A stretch of DNA of 63,751 nt, counting the filler, from Lama guanicoe (taxonomy: Eukaryota): NCBI GenBank assembly GCA_013239625.1. It is 204 parts of 204 records of this genome, joined end to end, with 100 filler letters (N's around TTAATTAATTAA, not from the genome) between each part and the next. Parts side by side here need not be neighbours in the genome. Positions count along the whole stretch, not along the records: positions 1 to 213 come from PNXV01037257.1; positions 314 to 526 come from PNXV01037258.1; positions 627 to 839 come from PNXV01037259.1; positions 940 to 1,152 come from PNXV01037260.1; positions 1,253 to 1,465 come from PNXV01037261.1; positions 1,566 to 1,778 come from PNXV01037262.1; positions 1,879 to 2,091 come from PNXV01037263.1; positions 2,192 to 2,404 come from PNXV01037264.1; 196 more parts are not named here. One strand, written 5' to 3'. This document shows, one piece after another, positions 1 through 10,542 of this stretch (positions are counted from its first letter, which is position 1; the number at the start of each line of letters is the position of its first letter). Below the pieces are notes generated by a model, which was not told the origin of the DNA, did no database searches, and worked only from the letters and a program-made list of their open reading frames with translations. Both the position numbers and the translations under genes were made by a program.

Positions 1-671
1 TCTTTCAGTTTATTCCTAACTCTCTGGGGTTAAGCCTGGTAGTCGGCTTCATTTAATAACACTGTATTTATACTGCTCCTAATGCTCCTCATTGTAAGGT
101 GGCTTTTTTTGAGGTTATGTGAGTTATATATTTAGTGTCTTAGAACTTTTTGACAACTTTCGTGTCTTAAATCTTTGTTTAATAACCATGATTGCACTAG
201 AAAACCCATGTGGNNNNNNNNNNNNNNNNNNNNNNNNNNNNNNNNNNNNNNNNNNNNTTAATTAATTAANNNNNNNNNNNNNNNNNNNNNNNNNNNNNNN
301 NNNNNNNNNNNNNATCTGAATTCCTGGTGTGATGACTTGTGTTTTTTGCCCAGGGGACCCAGAATTTCATATATAATAGATATATGTATCTCAAGAGGTA
401 TCTTAGTATGGTGCCCATCGATTCTATTTCACAGACTTCATGATTGAAGAGCCGCCACTACAGATCCCTTCAGGTCACCACAAATGATGGCTGTACATTA
501 CAAAAACAGGCAAACAAAAAACCCCCNNNNNNNNNNNNNNNNNNNNNNNNNNNNNNNNNNNNNNNNNNNNTTAATTAATTAANNNNNNNNNNNNNNNNNN
601 NNNNNNNNNNNNNNNNNNNNNNNNNNGTTCTCCAGCATGGGAGAGGCAGCGACACCCTCCATGGGACCGCT

Positions 672-808
672 GACAATGGAGTCTGCTGGGTTCATGGCCA
701 GAGTTTCCCATTTTGCAGGGCTGGATGGGGTACAAGGTTTGCATTTCCAACAAGTGTCCAAGTGATGGAGATCCTTCTGATCCTGGGAAACTCCTTGGAG
801 GACCACTA
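672..808. mobile_element. MER5A-like hAT DNA transposon fossil
   Basis: gtttgcatttccaacaagtgtccaagtgatg...ttggaggaccact resembles the MER5A1 consensus atttgcatttctaacaagttcccaggtgatg...tttgagaaccact. Confidence 0.65.
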
Positions 809-1565
809 ATTTATGTCGCTACTACTGACTCCCCTGTTANNNNNNNNNNNNNNNNNNNNNNNNNNNNNNNNNNNNNNNNNNNNTTAATTAATTAANNNNN
901 NNNNNNNNNNNNNNNNNNNNNNNNNNNNNNNNNNNNNNNTGCTGTGGGCAGGAGCAGAAAGCGTGACCAACCAGGGACTGGACGCCTCAGTCCTCCAGTC
1001 TCCTTCCACGCCTCGTTTACTCGTCCACTCCTTCATTCATTCCATCTTTCATCCCTGCCCTCGCACTACACCAGCCCTGGAAGACACAAGGGGTTCTCCT
1101 TGCCCCCAGCGCAGAGCCGTTTAGACACCTGGTCCTGGAGGTCGGTCTTCCGNNNNNNNNNNNNNNNNNNNNNNNNNNNNNNNNNNNNNNNNNNNNTTAA
1201 TTAATTAANNNNNNNNNNNNNNNNNNNNNNNNNNNNNNNNNNNNNNNNNNNNATTTATTTTTTATTGTACGTCAAAAATTATATATCCACAATGAATTGA
1301 AAAAAAACTTTTTAAATGATCAAACGACCCAATAGTTTGAGAGGCACTGAAGCAGACTTTACTTAGATGCCTTTGGACCACAATGAGCACAACACATTTC
1401 AGGACACCAAGAGAGAAAAAAAAAATCCAAATGATCACACTATCATTTTACTCTTTCTAAAATACNNNNNNNNNNNNNNNNNNNNNNNNNNNNNNNNNNN
1501 NNNNNNNNNTTAATTAATTAANNNNNNNNNNNNNNNNNNNNNNNNNNNNNNNNNNNNNNNNNNNN

Positions 1566-1715
1566 CACTGGAGTTTCCCATGACTCCCTCCATGAATTCA
1601 ACTGATTTTCTAGAGTGTTTCATAGAGTTCAGGAAATCATTTCACCTATTAAATTGGCTAGGATATAACTCAGGAACAATCAGCTGCAAGAGTACATAAG
1701 GCAAGATTTGTACAA
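1566..1715. mobile_element. MER21-like ERVL LTR fragment
   Basis: ttcccatgactccctcc...tttctagagtgtttcatagagttcaggaaa...ggatataactcaggaaca resembles the MER21 family. Confidence 0.6.
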
Positions 1716-2817
1716 AGAGGCCATTACTCATTGATGATTAATTAAACCTCTAACTCTTCTCTTCTCCTTGGAGACTTCNNNNNNNNNNNNNNNNNNNNNN
1801 NNNNNNNNNNNNNNNNNNNNNNTTAATTAATTAANNNNNNNNNNNNNNNNNNNNNNNNNNNNNNNNNNNNNNNNNNNNATGAAGGTCAAAGACTAGTCCC
1901 CGCACACAGCAAGCCAGGGCTGCAGCCAGGACTGGAGCCCAGGTCGTGGCAGGACTCTGTGTGCTGTCGTGGCCTGACTTCCTGTAGCGGGGTTCGCCCC
2001 ACTTCTAGGGCTAAGGCAAGGCAGTGAGAACTATGTTTACCCGCTGCCCAGCCCCCTCGGCCTCTCTCCCTGGTGCTGAGTGCTGCCTGGGNNNNNNNNN
2101 NNNNNNNNNNNNNNNNNNNNNNNNNNNNNNNNNNNTTAATTAATTAANNNNNNNNNNNNNNNNNNNNNNNNNNNNNNNNNNNNNNNNNNNNTTCCAGGCA
2201 CCATCTAGAACACAAAACCAAGATCCCCGCTTCTCTGTGTCACGGCCATGGGTGTTTTTGGACTGCTCCAGGTGGTGGTGTCACACACCAGGTACTTCTG
2301 ACAGGCTTCTCCCTGCTTCCCTGCCAAGTCCTTAAAGGCTCCGGTGGTGACAGCCCCATTTGAGCTGCCAGTCGGCTCTGATGCCCTTGACGAGAGGTCG
2401 AGGTNNNNNNNNNNNNNNNNNNNNNNNNNNNNNNNNNNNNNNNNNNNNTTAATTAATTAANNNNNNNNNNNNNNNNNNNNNNNNNNNNNNNNNNNNNNNN
2501 NNNNATAATCAAAGGTAAGAGCAATTATCAAAGTAATTGATAAACAGGCCTGGCCCAGGTTCTCGGGTCATCTGTCTACCTCAGATGTCTCTTCTTCTCA
2601 TCCTGGCCTGGTAGCTTCTTCTCCATTTGAGCATTGATTTAAGGTGAGCACTAATCTATAGGCCAGTACAATGCAAGGGATATTTCTGATTGAAAATTTA
2701 TCCAAAAGTCAATTTCCNNNNNNNNNNNNNNNNNNNNNNNNNNNNNNNNNNNNNNNNNNNNTTAATTAATTAANNNNNNNNNNNNNNNNNNNNNNNNNNN
2801 NNNNNNNNNNNNNNNNN

Positions 2818-3030
2818 AGAAAAAATGTAAAAAACGATTCAAAATGATTGGGAAATCTGGCAGAGCTAAAGTAAGCTTTAAGAAAGAAGAGTATAAGTCT
2901 AGAAATAATTTTTTAAAAGTCAGTGTATGGTTTGAACTGTAGACTAGACAAAGCTAATGAGAGACTGGTGAACTGGAAAATGGATCTGAAGAAATTACAA
3001 TATGGCTCAAAGAAGCAAAGGTATTGAAAA
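2818..3030 (+). mobile_element. Old L1 ORF1 coiled-coil fragment
   Basis: gaactgtagactagacaaagctaatgagagactggtgaactggaaaatggatctgaagaaatt resembles L1 ORF1 (NSRLDTAEERISELED). Confidence 0.7.
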
Positions 3031-3130
3031 NNNNNNNNNNNNNNNNNNNNNNNNNNNNNNNNNNNNNNNNNNNNTTAATTAATTAANNNNNNNNNNNNNN
3101 NNNNNNNNNNNNNNNNNNNNNNNNNNNNNN

Positions 3131-3343
3131 TATTTTGCATCGTGTTTAGTGCAATACCATTAACCTTGAGCAATGCTGTGGACCCACAAGGTGCCACTAG
3201 TGATGCTGGAAGTGCTCCCGAGAAGCAGAGTCATGACATGACAAGGACAAGTTGAATTGCTTGATATGTAATGTAGATTGAGGTCTGCAGCTGAAGATGC
3301 CGCCGTTTGAGGATGGAGGAATCCAGCCATTATAAAAAAAAAA
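3131..3343 (+). mobile_element. Tigger2 (pogo/mariner) transposase 5' region, decayed
   Basis: catcgtgtttagtgcaatacc...gtgccactagtgatgctggaagtgctcccgagaagcagag...gttgaattgcttgatatg matches the Tigger2 consensus. Confidence 0.85.
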
Positions 3344-3443
3344 NNNNNNNNNNNNNNNNNNNNNNNNNNNNNNNNNNNNNNNNNNNNTTAATTAATTAAN
3401 NNNNNNNNNNNNNNNNNNNNNNNNNNNNNNNNNNNNNNNNNNN

Positions 3444-3656
3444 TCCCCCGCCCTCCCGCGCCCGCCGCCGCCGCCGCCCGCGTCCCCCGCTTCCCCGCCG
3501 CCGACGCCGCCGCCGCGCGTCGGCGGGGTTCCCGGCGGGCCGGTCTCCCCCGCCGGGTGCGCCCCCGGGGCCGCGGTTCCGCGCGGCGCCTCGCCTCGGC
3601 CGGCGCCTAGCAGCCGACTTAGAACTGGTGCGGACCAGGGGAATCCGACTGTTTAA
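3444..3656 (+). rRNA. 28S rRNA fragment (end of GC-rich expansion segment ES27L and adjacent conserved core)
   Basis: GGCGCCTAGCAGCCGACTTAGAACTGGTGCGGACCAGGGGAATCCGACTGTTTAA matches the mammalian 28S core. It is preceded by a very GC-rich segment with GCC repeats. Confidence 0.97.
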
Positions 3657-5008
3657 NNNNNNNNNNNNNNNNNNNNNNNNNNNNNNNNNNNNNNNNNNNN
3701 TTAATTAATTAANNNNNNNNNNNNNNNNNNNNNNNNNNNNNNNNNNNNNNNNNNNNTGATATGAATTTTACCACTCAGTGATCTCAGCGCTTGAGTGACC
3801 TCAACTTAGGGCCTCTGGGTGTCCGGCTGCTGTCCGTGGTTCTGAACCCCTCACTTCTTCCTCTGTCCTCTTCCAAAAGGAGGCTATGCCTTGGGAGATC
3901 TCCTTCACTTGCTGCCTTGTCCCCTACTTTTCACTAGGTCACAGCTGTACGCTAGTGAAAGTCTTGTGTNNNNNNNNNNNNNNNNNNNNNNNNNNNNNNN
4001 NNNNNNNNNNNNNTTAATTAATTAANNNNNNNNNNNNNNNNNNNNNNNNNNNNNNNNNNNNNNNNNNNNGAGGGAACAGGCCCTGGATGACACGGTGCAC
4101 ACACACACTTTGATCTCCGTCAAGCGCTCTGCCAGGGGAGTCCTGGTGCCAGCGCCTGCGATGCCGACGCCAGGGGAGACGACCCGCTTCAGGAGGGGCA
4201 GCCCCCCCGCCTCCCCTCCGCCCCGCGGACGCCGCAGAGGGCCGATGTCAGCAGGGCCACGTCTGCACATCAGCAGGCTCCCNNNNNNNNNNNNNNNNNN
4301 NNNNNNNNNNNNNNNNNNNNNNNNNNTTAATTAATTAANNNNNNNNNNNNNNNNNNNNNNNNNNNNNNNNNNNNNNNNNNNNCTTCTCAGTTTGTAGAAA
4401 GTCAGTCTATTTTTATCAACTTCCATCCATTACAAAAAACCAGGACAGTTTGGGAATCATCAGCCATGTAAGAGAGAGAATTCAAATGTAATGCTCTCTG
4501 ATGCTTTTTGCTCCCCTTTATTTTTTCCCTTCATTTTATTATTTTCTCTCTCTGGTTCAGAAAACTGATTTCCATTCTCATGGGTCTCCCAATGGNNNNN
4601 NNNNNNNNNNNNNNNNNNNNNNNNNNNNNNNNNNNNNNNTTAATTAATTAANNNNNNNNNNNNNNNNNNNNNNNNNNNNNNNNNNNNNNNNNNNNAGTTG
4701 CAAGTGGGTATTCGGGGTCAGAGCTTGTGTTGTTGTGTCTGAGCATCTGACTGCATCCATGATAACATACATATCAAAATATATCAAATACATATTTGGC
4801 ATATGAAAAATAGGATACTTTTGTATTCATCCACCCTTCTTTTTCCCTAAAGATTTTTTAATTTAGCCCATGACTGGGGATATTAGCTTTGTGATTCAGC
4901 ACCTACCTNNNNNNNNNNNNNNNNNNNNNNNNNNNNNNNNNNNNNNNNNNNNTTAATTAATTAANNNNNNNNNNNNNNNNNNNNNNNNNNNNNNNNNNNN
5001 NNNNNNNN

Positions 5009-5221
5009 GAAAATAACACCATGACCAAGTACTATTTATTTTAGGTATGCAAGGCTCATTTAACATTTAAAAATATAATCCACCATGTCCAAACAGGCCA
5101 AAGAAGAAAAAATCATATGATCACACCAGTTGATGCAGAGAAAGCGTCTGAAAAATCTAACATCATTTCATGAAAAAAAAATTTAAACTCAGGAAACTAG
5201 GAATAGAAGGGAACTTCCTCA
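5009..5221 (+). mobile_element. L1 ORF2 reverse transcriptase fragment, decayed
   Basis: Degenerate HHDQV..GMQGWFNI..KKKNHMI..DAEKAF..KLGIEGNFL motif series. Confidence 0.9.
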
Positions 5222-5379
5222 NNNNNNNNNNNNNNNNNNNNNNNNNNNNNNNNNNNNNNNNNNNNTTAATTAATTAANNNNNNNNNNNNNNNNNNNNNNN
5301 NNNNNNNNNNNNNNNNNNNNNTTTTTTAAGCATGATGATGTCAGACTGACGGTGCTCAAAGCCTCTCAAATCAAAGCTT

Positions 5380-5515
5380 AATCATTACAAGCTGTATGAT
5401 CCTGGAAGTGATACCTGGCATCTCTGAGCTTCACTTTTCCACATGCAAAGGACCTAGCACAGTGACTGGCACAAAGGGAGCCCTCCAATGTTACCTGTTA
5501 TCATTATTATCATCG
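5380..5515 (+). mobile_element. MIR SINE fragment
   Basis: agctgtatgatcctgg...tctctgagcttcacttttcc...ctagcacagtgactggcaca followed by a tatcattattat tail. Confidence 0.65.
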
Positions 5516-5634
5516 TTGTTTATACTAACGTGATNNNNNNNNNNNNNNNNNNNNNNNNNNNNNNNNNNNNNNNNNNNNTTAATTAATTAANNNNNNNNNN
5601 NNNNNNNNNNNNNNNNNNNNNNNNNNNNNNNNNN

Positions 5635-5847
5635 CTATTATGCGAAGATTGGCATGCTTTATATTATCCCATAGGTCCCTTATATTGCTTTTATTTGTTT
5701 TTATTTGTTTATCTTGCAGTTGTTCTGATTGGTTGCTTTCTGTTGTCCTGTCCTCTAGGTACCTGTGGACTTTTTAATCATGGCCTTTCTAAGTTGTTTG
5801 AGGTGATACCTCTTTGTAGTTTTGATTTACATTTCTCTGATAATTAC
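5635..5847 (-). mobile_element. L1 chimera: ORF2 C-terminal piece joined to an ORF1 piece
   Basis: On the minus strand, 5847-5764 reads VIIREM*IKTTKRYHLKQLRKAMIKKST (ORF2) and 5758-5636 reads LEDRTTESNQSEQLQDKQIKTNKSNIRDLWDNIKHANLRII (ORF1). Confidence 0.85.
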
Positions 5848-7825
5848 NNNNNNNNNNNNNNNNNNNNNNNNNNNNNNNNNNNNNNNNNNNNTTAATTAAT
5901 TAANNNNNNNNNNNNNNNNNNNNNNNNNNNNNNNNNNNNNNNNNNNNGGCTAATTACTAAGAGAACTCCCTGCTTAGCGGAGGGAATACAGATGTTATTC
6001 TAAATATAAGGAAGTGTGTCTTTGGCTTTTGTACCATAGTTGAGCAAATTATGTATTCAGAACTTTTCAGATCCTTTTCTCAGATTAAGCTATGTTTTAA
6101 AATTTATCGATAGGTACCCATGTCTAGAACTATTGAGGATGTTTGGTTTTCTGTCTTTCANNNNNNNNNNNNNNNNNNNNNNNNNNNNNNNNNNNNNNNN
6201 NNNNTTAATTAATTAANNNNNNNNNNNNNNNNNNNNNNNNNNNNNNNNNNNNNNNNNNNNGAAGAGAAGGCTGTTAGATCAATCTGGACCGTTAGCTATA
6301 AAATGATGCCGAGAGAGCATCTCTAATTCACGTCCCTTCAGGGGATGGTAAAACGTGGTGCAGCTGAAGTGACAGGGTGACCTTTATAAAAATGCACGCA
6401 TGATTGTGTATCTCGATGAAACCATTATCTCACAGGGGAAGCCAACCTCCTTAGCCTCGTGGACACAGAGCATNNNNNNNNNNNNNNNNNNNNNNNNNNN
6501 NNNNNNNNNNNNNNNNNTTAATTAATTAANNNNNNNNNNNNNNNNNNNNNNNNNNNNNNNNNNNNNNNNNNNNAATGGTGGCATCAAACTGCCCTCATCC
6601 AGGGCGTCTTCAAATGACCCTGTCCTACACCCAAGATTCCCCTCCCAACCAGAGGCAGAAACGAAGCAGGACATCGTTTTCTTCCTGGAGACGTGGAGCC
6701 CAGCTCTTGTGGATTTCCTTCCACGAGCAGCCGGTGATCTTGGCAACCCGCTGACCTGCCCTGTGTTAAACCTCCCTTTCCTAAGCNNNNNNNNNNNNNN
6801 NNNNNNNNNNNNNNNNNNNNNNNNNNNNNNTTAATTAATTAANNNNNNNNNNNNNNNNNNNNNNNNNNNNNNNNNNNNNNNNNNNNAGAAAGTGTGGGTT
6901 CTATCCAGCAGTAGTGCCAATGAGATGGAATGTATAACTCAAGACTCTGTGGAAAGTCAATAGAGTGAGAAGGAATCAGAGACCAACTCAATTGACCCTC
7001 TCAAATGCTCTCACATCTATCGTGTAGCATCAAAGAAAAAATCACCGACAATTGTGTGAAAGAATGCAAGAACTTTCCTCTTGAGACTTGAGCTCCTAAN
7101 NNNNNNNNNNNNNNNNNNNNNNNNNNNNNNNNNNNNNNNNNNNTTAATTAATTAANNNNNNNNNNNNNNNNNNNNNNNNNNNNNNNNNNNNNNNNNNNNA
7201 GACATTATCATTCAGTGGGAAACTAACAGGAAAAGGAAGCAGGAAGGACGTCTAGGCAAAGTCAGGGTGGGGAAACGCTCCCTGGCTCCCGGATGGGTCA
7301 GCTCCAGCCCCTCCAGCAGCCCCCGCCCCCTCCCAGCCTCCTCCTGCCCTGGGCCTGGCTGTGGGGCTGAGGCTGGGCGGGTGGAGGGCAGTCACTGCAA
7401 ACTCACCCTCACNNNNNNNNNNNNNNNNNNNNNNNNNNNNNNNNNNNNNNNNNNNNTTAATTAATTAANNNNNNNNNNNNNNNNNNNNNNNNNNNNNNNN
7501 NNNNNNNNNNNNGGTAATGAAATAAGCCAGCGTGATCTTCTAGGTTGATAGTATCCACTCAAACAATAGTGAACACTTTCCAAAGAGGATTTACTTCTTT
7601 AGTATTATTTTTAACTTGAAGAATGACCAAGTGACTTTTCCAGAGATTGGCTATAATGCTTGAAGTTTCCTAGTGGTGGTTTAAATTCCATGATAAATAA
7701 TTTTCATCAAAATAGATTTCACATCNNNNNNNNNNNNNNNNNNNNNNNNNNNNNNNNNNNNNNNNNNNNTTAATTAATTAANNNNNNNNNNNNNNNNNNN
7801 NNNNNNNNNNNNNNNNNNNNNNNNN

Positions 7826-8038
7826 ATCACACAGAACACCTGCTGAACTCTGGCAGAATGTCTCTCACTTCCAAATACAGGATTTCTTACAAAATCTGAT
7901 AAACAACAAGTTCATACGGTATATCACAAGGAACTATATTCAGTTCAACATCTTGTCGTAACTTTTGGTGAAAATGTGAAAACAAATACACGTATGTTCA
8001 TGTATGACTGAAGCATTGTGCTGTACACCAGAAACTGA
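7826..8038 (+). mobile_element. Camelid-type L1 3' UTR preceded by an L1 5' UTR-like segment
   Basis: 7898-8038 gataaacaacaagttcatac...gaactatattca...catgtatgactgaagcattgtgctgtacaccagaaa is an L1 3' UTR. 7826-7897 cacagaacacctgctgaactctggcagaa resembles an artiodactyl L1 5' UTR. Confidence 0.75.
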
Positions 8039-10329
8039 NNNNNNNNNNNNNNNNNNNNNNNNNNNNNNNNNNNNNNNNNNNNTTAATTAATTAANNNNNN
8101 NNNNNNNNNNNNNNNNNNNNNNNNNNNNNNNNNNNNNNCCTCAAGGAATGAAGTGTGAGGCTTTCCCGTGGACCAGATACAGGCTACATAAGAGCACACT
8201 GTCCTCTAGTTGCAAAAGAGCCAGCAAACGGCCATCTTGAGTCCTTTCCAGGGCACCACCAGTATTTCCAATGAAATGGAGTAGATGACGTGAAGAGTCT
8301 GAGGAAAGAACTAAAGGAGCAGGTAGGGCTACATCTACCCTCACTGAGGGANNNNNNNNNNNNNNNNNNNNNNNNNNNNNNNNNNNNNNNNNNNNTTAAT
8401 TAATTAANNNNNNNNNNNNNNNNNNNNNNNNNNNNNNNNNNNNNNNNNNNNAAAGCTTTTTTCAGAACAATGAGTAGTTTTTCTCCAAGTTTTTTATTTC
8501 GCACTGTTCCTCTTTAGATCATTCCTAAGATGATTTTTATTACAATGGAAATTTTCCTTTTGTGTTTAATGTTTAATATTCCCTTTCAAAAGCTTAATTA
8601 ATGGTTTCCTATTTCAAGTTCTAGTTCTAAAGTCTTTTCATCTTGAGTCTCACTATTTTTTCTTNNNNNNNNNNNNNNNNNNNNNNNNNNNNNNNNNNNN
8701 NNNNNNNNTTAATTAATTAANNNNNNNNNNNNNNNNNNNNNNNNNNNNNNNNNNNNNNNNNNNNAAAAAAAATCATATGATTTTGTACTTGCATAGGTAT
8801 TTACAGTTCAATCGCTTGTTCTGGATGCTCACTCCAGATGTTTGCTTTGTGGGAATTTCATCACCATTTGTATATTTATGATTGGAGAAATCTTTTATAT
8901 ATGCTTGGATTCTCCAATGAAACAAAAGAAAATTTTTTTTAATCCACAGAAAACATACAGTTGAAGGATTTTTTTTTNNNNNNNNNNNNNNNNNNNNNNN
9001 NNNNNNNNNNNNNNNNNNNNNTTAATTAATTAANNNNNNNNNNNNNNNNNNNNNNNNNNNNNNNNNNNNNNNNNNNNCAATGCTAGAAATGAAGCACAAA
9101 GCAAAGAGACAGGCATAGATTATACAATAGAGAAATATATGGGTTTAGAAAGGAAAAAAGGAGAGAAACATTTCTCAGCACTTACTAAGGGCTGAGCATT
9201 GCGCTAAGTGTTTTGCAAGAATAGATCATTGTGTATTTTCTCTGATGTGAATAATACAAAGTTAACAAAATATCAGTGTATATAGTATAANNNNNNNNNN
9301 NNNNNNNNNNNNNNNNNNNNNNNNNNNNNNNNNNTTAATTAATTAANNNNNNNNNNNNNNNNNNNNNNNNNNNNNNNNNNNNNNNNNNNNTCTATGATTA
9401 TGTCCTCTCACCCAGGCTTCCCTTCCTCGATTACCATGACCTCTGAGACCACATGGTCATTTCCTTCCTGAGTGCCCCTCACTTCTCACTTCTATCTGCT
9501 TCACCAGGTCATTCTTCCTTATTAGTCAAAATTAATTTCATCACAGGAGTTCTGCACGTTGCCTCTTTACCTTCCTAAGAGCTAAATGTGTCAAAAAGGC
9601 AAGNNNNNNNNNNNNNNNNNNNNNNNNNNNNNNNNNNNNNNNNNNNNTTAATTAATTAANNNNNNNNNNNNNNNNNNNNNNNNNNNNNNNNNNNNNNNNN
9701 NNNCAGAAAAGGGGAGTTTGGAAATGAGGCAGGAAGAGAGGGAGGGGAGGAGGACCGCGCAGGGAAGGTGCCAAACCCTCTGCCTCCACACCCAGCACTC
9801 CTGCCTCTTCCCTCTCCAGGCCGAGTCCTCATCACTGTCCCCCACTCTCTCCCGCCCCTCTCCTTGCTACCCCCTCACCTTTCTCCCCACCTTCCCTTCT
9901 TCCCTCTTCCGCCTTANNNNNNNNNNNNNNNNNNNNNNNNNNNNNNNNNNNNNNNNNNNNTTAATTAATTAANNNNNNNNNNNNNNNNNNNNNNNNNNNN
10001 NNNNNNNNNNNNNNNNGCAGAAAAGTGTTCTTTTATTAACGCGTTGAACGTACAAAACACAAAACTACGCTTTTACGCTGCGTGCATACAAACAGTAACA
10101 GAATTTATAAAATGCGAGAATTCAGTCCGATGATGAAAACATTTTTAAGATTGCTAAGTGAAATATGAAAATTAAACGTTTTTCCCTAAAGGATACAAAA
10201 TAATGAATGTTTAATATTATGGATCTCAGNNNNNNNNNNNNNNNNNNNNNNNNNNNNNNNNNNNNNNNNNNNNTTAATTAATTAANNNNNNNNNNNNNNN
10301 NNNNNNNNNNNNNNNNNNNNNNNNNNNNN

Positions 10330-10542
10330 GTGTTCCAGAGCTGCTGTTCGCCCACTGGTGAGTGAGGCTACATTGCAGGGTAGCTGCCTCGGGGGCCCAA
10401 GGTTTGTTGGAACTTGGGTCAGCGTGCAGATGGGTAGAGTTGTGCCTAGAGGCTCCTGGGACTAATGCTGGCCTGCTGGTGGATGGAGCCACGTCCCAGG
10501 TTCTCTGATTGCTGGGCCTTGAGGGTCCTGGAGCTGGTGTCT
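10330..10542 (-). mobile_element. L1 5' UTR internal repeat region (antisense)
   Basis: Repeated motifs such as gctggcctgctggtggatggagcc and gcccactggtgagtgaggct are typical of antisense laurasiatherian L1 5' UTRs. Confidence 0.6.
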
